In this document: positions 60,939 to 64,000 of the stretch, piece after piece | How positions within the stretch are numbered: position 1 is the first letter of the stretch | How the letters are laid out: every line of letters begins with the position of its first letter | Assembly: GCA_904063045.1 (NCBI GenBank) | Contig: CAJFCJ010000012.1 | Location: forward strand, 2,574,987 to 2,638,986 | Direction of reading: 5' to 3' | Source of the DNA: Dimorphilus gyrociliatus | Taxonomy: Eukaryota; Animalia; Annelida | DNA: 64,000 bases | Notes under the pieces: generated by a model | Database searches by the model: none | What the model was told of the DNA's origin: nothing | Seen by the model: the letters and a program-made list of their open reading frames with translations, nothing else | Program-made: the position numbers and the translations under genes

Positions 60939-63900
60939 TGTTTCAAAATTACAAGATCAACTCTTTTTAATGTTAAACGACTCTGTAGGGAGAAAAAGAG
61001 AGAATCGTTAAAGAAACATTTCAATTTTAAGCCAATCGTCTGGTAGAATAGTATTATTGCTAGGCCAAAGAAAATACATTTTTATTAAGTAACCTAACCG
61101 TAGTAGGCAGACCCAATAGATAGTTAGATATATAGATAGATAGATACACAGATACATAGGTTGATATATATATACAATTAGAACAAAATCTTTAACGATT
61201 TCACGAATTTTTACCTGATGTAGGTCAACAGCTATTATACTATGAAATGATACGGCGATATCGGAAATTAGGAAAACGACACCTTGCGGTCAAACAGCCA
61301 GCGCTTCAAACAAGACTGCTATCTAAAAGCAAAGATAGATAGACTGATAGATAGAAAGAGAGAGAGAGAGAGAGAGAAAAGAGAAAGAGACAGACTGTCA
61401 GAGTAACTAGAAAGAAACTAGAGTAGCTGGGGAGGGAGGGAAGAGTAATAAGCCCTGGTGGCAATGGGAAAGAGGGGGTGGTGGTATGGTAGCACAATCT
61501 ATAATACTACAGTAGTAAAAGGTTGTAAGGTGAACCATTGGTGTTTTTTTCTTTTTACTTTTTAACTCGGCCATTTTCGTATTGCTTTTGTTAAAAAGCA
61601 AACATACACCATGCGAGAAAATCGTTTCGTGTGATTGGCTATGACGTAAACTTTATTATTATTTCTTCTAATATCCGCTGTTAGCGCACCTTATAACCAG
61701 AAAGAGGAGAGAGAAAAAATTCGATTGAGCCACTTTCAAGACACGCCTTAACCTTACGATACTTACACATATGCATAGTCAAAGGCAACTTATATTACTC
61801 TGTACACGTTTGCATACGTTAGCTCGGTCATTCATTAAGAATTCAGGTGAATTCCTATACTCTTATTTCCTTTCATTCTTATCCCTTATTCTTCACACTC
61901 ATCATCCAACCAAGAAACTAATTAGCTTTCAACTGCGAAACAACTAATAAACTGTTAATTTTTGGCGAGCTTTGAAGAAAAAAATCCATCAAAACTTGCT
62001 TATTACAATATGAATGTTCACATATGCTATGGTTATCCTTTAACTGAATTATTGTACTCTATCTTTCTCTTTTGCCCTCTCCCTCTCTCCCTCTCTCGCT
62101 TTAATTTTATACACACAGACTTGTATATACACACTTTCTCCTCCCTCTCGTTTACACTCACTCAACTGTATCTTATTAATAAAAACATCTAATATATACA
62201 CATACAATATATAAATATATATATACAGTATATAAGTATATATGTATATATACATACATATGCTACATGAACATACCTCTGTACTGTGTCTATATATGCT
62301 TTTTTTTTAAAAAAACAAACGACTTGACCTGCTACAGAATCAGAAATAGAATGATAAAGAAAATTAGTTGAACGTTCGAAAGCGCCACGTAGCCGGCGAC
62401 ATTGAAAGTACGATATGTGTATATATTAGTATGTAGTATATTTAAGTTAGTATTGTATATATATAGACATTTAAGGCTTATAATTCATCTATATATGTGT
62501 TTCTACATTTGTAAATCCTATTCGTTCCCTATCTACCTGTCAATACACTATATGGAATAAATAAGTAGTATATAGTTTTAATCCGCAAAGAGCATATAAG
62601 CTAATTCACTTAGCACAACGTTTTGAACTTGTATATACTGCTATAATAGCAATAATAATTTTTACTTTTTCCTTCTCTTCAATGTTATATCACTCATTTT
62701 TCTTTCAATCCTATCTTACACTCTATTACGTAATATTTTATACTAAAATTCCCTACTTCAATAGATAAATTGCTTCCGTTCAAATATATCTACCGCCCTC
62801 GATATCCATCTGTTCTCTTCCCTCCCCGCTGCTCTTATCCCATTGTTTCCATACCTTTAGTTTTTCTTTCTATTACTTGGAAATACATGTCAATCCCTGG
62901 ATACGAGCGACATCTGGCGGAGATATATTCTACCACATTCAACACATAAAAGGGACAAGAGTAAAAAAAAAATACAAGAGAACATGCAAGTAGATTTGAA
63001 CTAGTGAAAACAAAAAGAAAAGATTAACTCGAATATTCCAAAAAAAGAGAAAAAAATGATTCTTATAGAAGAAGATGAAAAGAGAGAGGATTTTGTACTA
63101 GCGATGACCTTCGAGTGCTTAGAGTATTTGTATACGTTATAACCTGTTATAAAAAATGAAAAAGGAAAGTGGTACAGAGAGAGAGAGAGAGTGTGTGAGT
63201 GAGTGAGAGAATTAAAGATAAATAGATAATTATATTCGCAAATGAATAGAAGGAAAAGCTCCTGCTAGGAGTAAATATTCAAACGAGTAAAAATAATTAA
63301 GCCTAGTAAAGTAGATTAAAGGGACAAGAAATGCTGTTCAAAAGAGATATTTACTCGTGTTTTTATTAATCATAAGAGTAATAAAGTAACTGTCGTCTTG
63401 TATTATTATTATTTTTAGAGTGAGAAACGCCCATCACTTAAACGCTGAACATTTTAAATAATCTTTGTTTCTTTTCACCTATTTCTATTTGTCCCTTTAA
63501 TCAGTTCAAGGTGTCGTCGTAGAACAAGAGCATGCAATACTGTCGCCTCTCTTTCCCTCTATCTCTCGTTCTCAACGGAAAAGTCTAGCAAGAGTGGCAA
63601 GGAGATGTAGCGAGTAACAGCAGTGAAAGTAAAGAATAGGTAAATACACATTGCAAGCAGACGGAGAATAACAAAGGTGACGTCTTGATTTGATAGATAG
63701 ATAGATAGATAGATAGGAGGGGGGGGGAGAAAGAAAGTACGGCGAAGAGAGGGAGGAGAAATTAGACCAAATATATTAATTTATAGAGAAGACTGATTAG
63801 GGGATAGAGTACTGATAGAAGAATTAGATGAATAAATATAAGAAAACTACGTGGGGGCTTAGATTATGTTGTATATGAGTTTAGACAGGTAAGAAGGAGA

Positions 63901-64000
63901 GGGGTGGGGGCTAAAGCTTTCCGGGCCGAGATCGATAGGCATGTTCAAGTAAAAGAAAAGAAGAATAACAAAAGTCTGCTCGTAGACACGAGCACGTATA

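Noticed and set aside
62887-63660. Short plus-strand ORFs and exon-like segments near the right end
   Set aside because: They are at most about 37 codons with no recognisable motif and may be untranslated exons of a gene beyond the window.
1-64000. CRISPR arrays, rRNA, tRNA, snoRNA and transposase or reverse transcriptase ORFs
   Set aside because: None was recognised by eye. Small RNAs cannot be excluded without tRNAscan-SE or Infernal.

Overview
Eukaryotic (animal) genomic DNA, about 70% AT by eye, rich in (AG/CT)n and (AT)n microsatellites, with mostly very short introns (about 55-200 nt). Most ORF-track entries are single exons or spurious low-complexity frames, so I rebuilt the genes by hand from splice sites and reading phase. 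Twelve protein-coding genes are supported, left to right: a CPT1-like carnitine acyltransferase (+), KIAA2012-like (-), an orphan two-TM protein (+), a three-domain Kazal inhibitor (-), an orphan type I receptor-like protein (+), a CD38/CD157-family ADP-ribosyl cyclase (+), ZFAND3 (-), PACS (+), an orphan ~440-aa gene (-), Hlx (+), TTC13 (-) and a universal stress protein (-). A spliced USP together with Hlx and compact introns suggests a compact-genome lophotrochozoan such as a meiofaunal annelid; this is inference only. I saw no CRISPR array, rRNA, tRNA or transposase. The most notable observations are: (1) at least 14 dispersed ATACAGTAT/ATACTGTAT words that match Tc1/mariner excision footprints; (2) an ADP-ribosyl cyclase with an intact catalytic Glu but a rewritten TLEDT motif; (3) a CPT1 that appears to lack both known malonyl-CoA-sensitivity determinants; (4) competing GT and GC donors that would delete or keep the eh1 motif of Hlx; (5) a cluster of orphan secreted and surface genes at 11.7-18.3 kb. 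Family assignments come from recalled sequence motifs, not from database searches.
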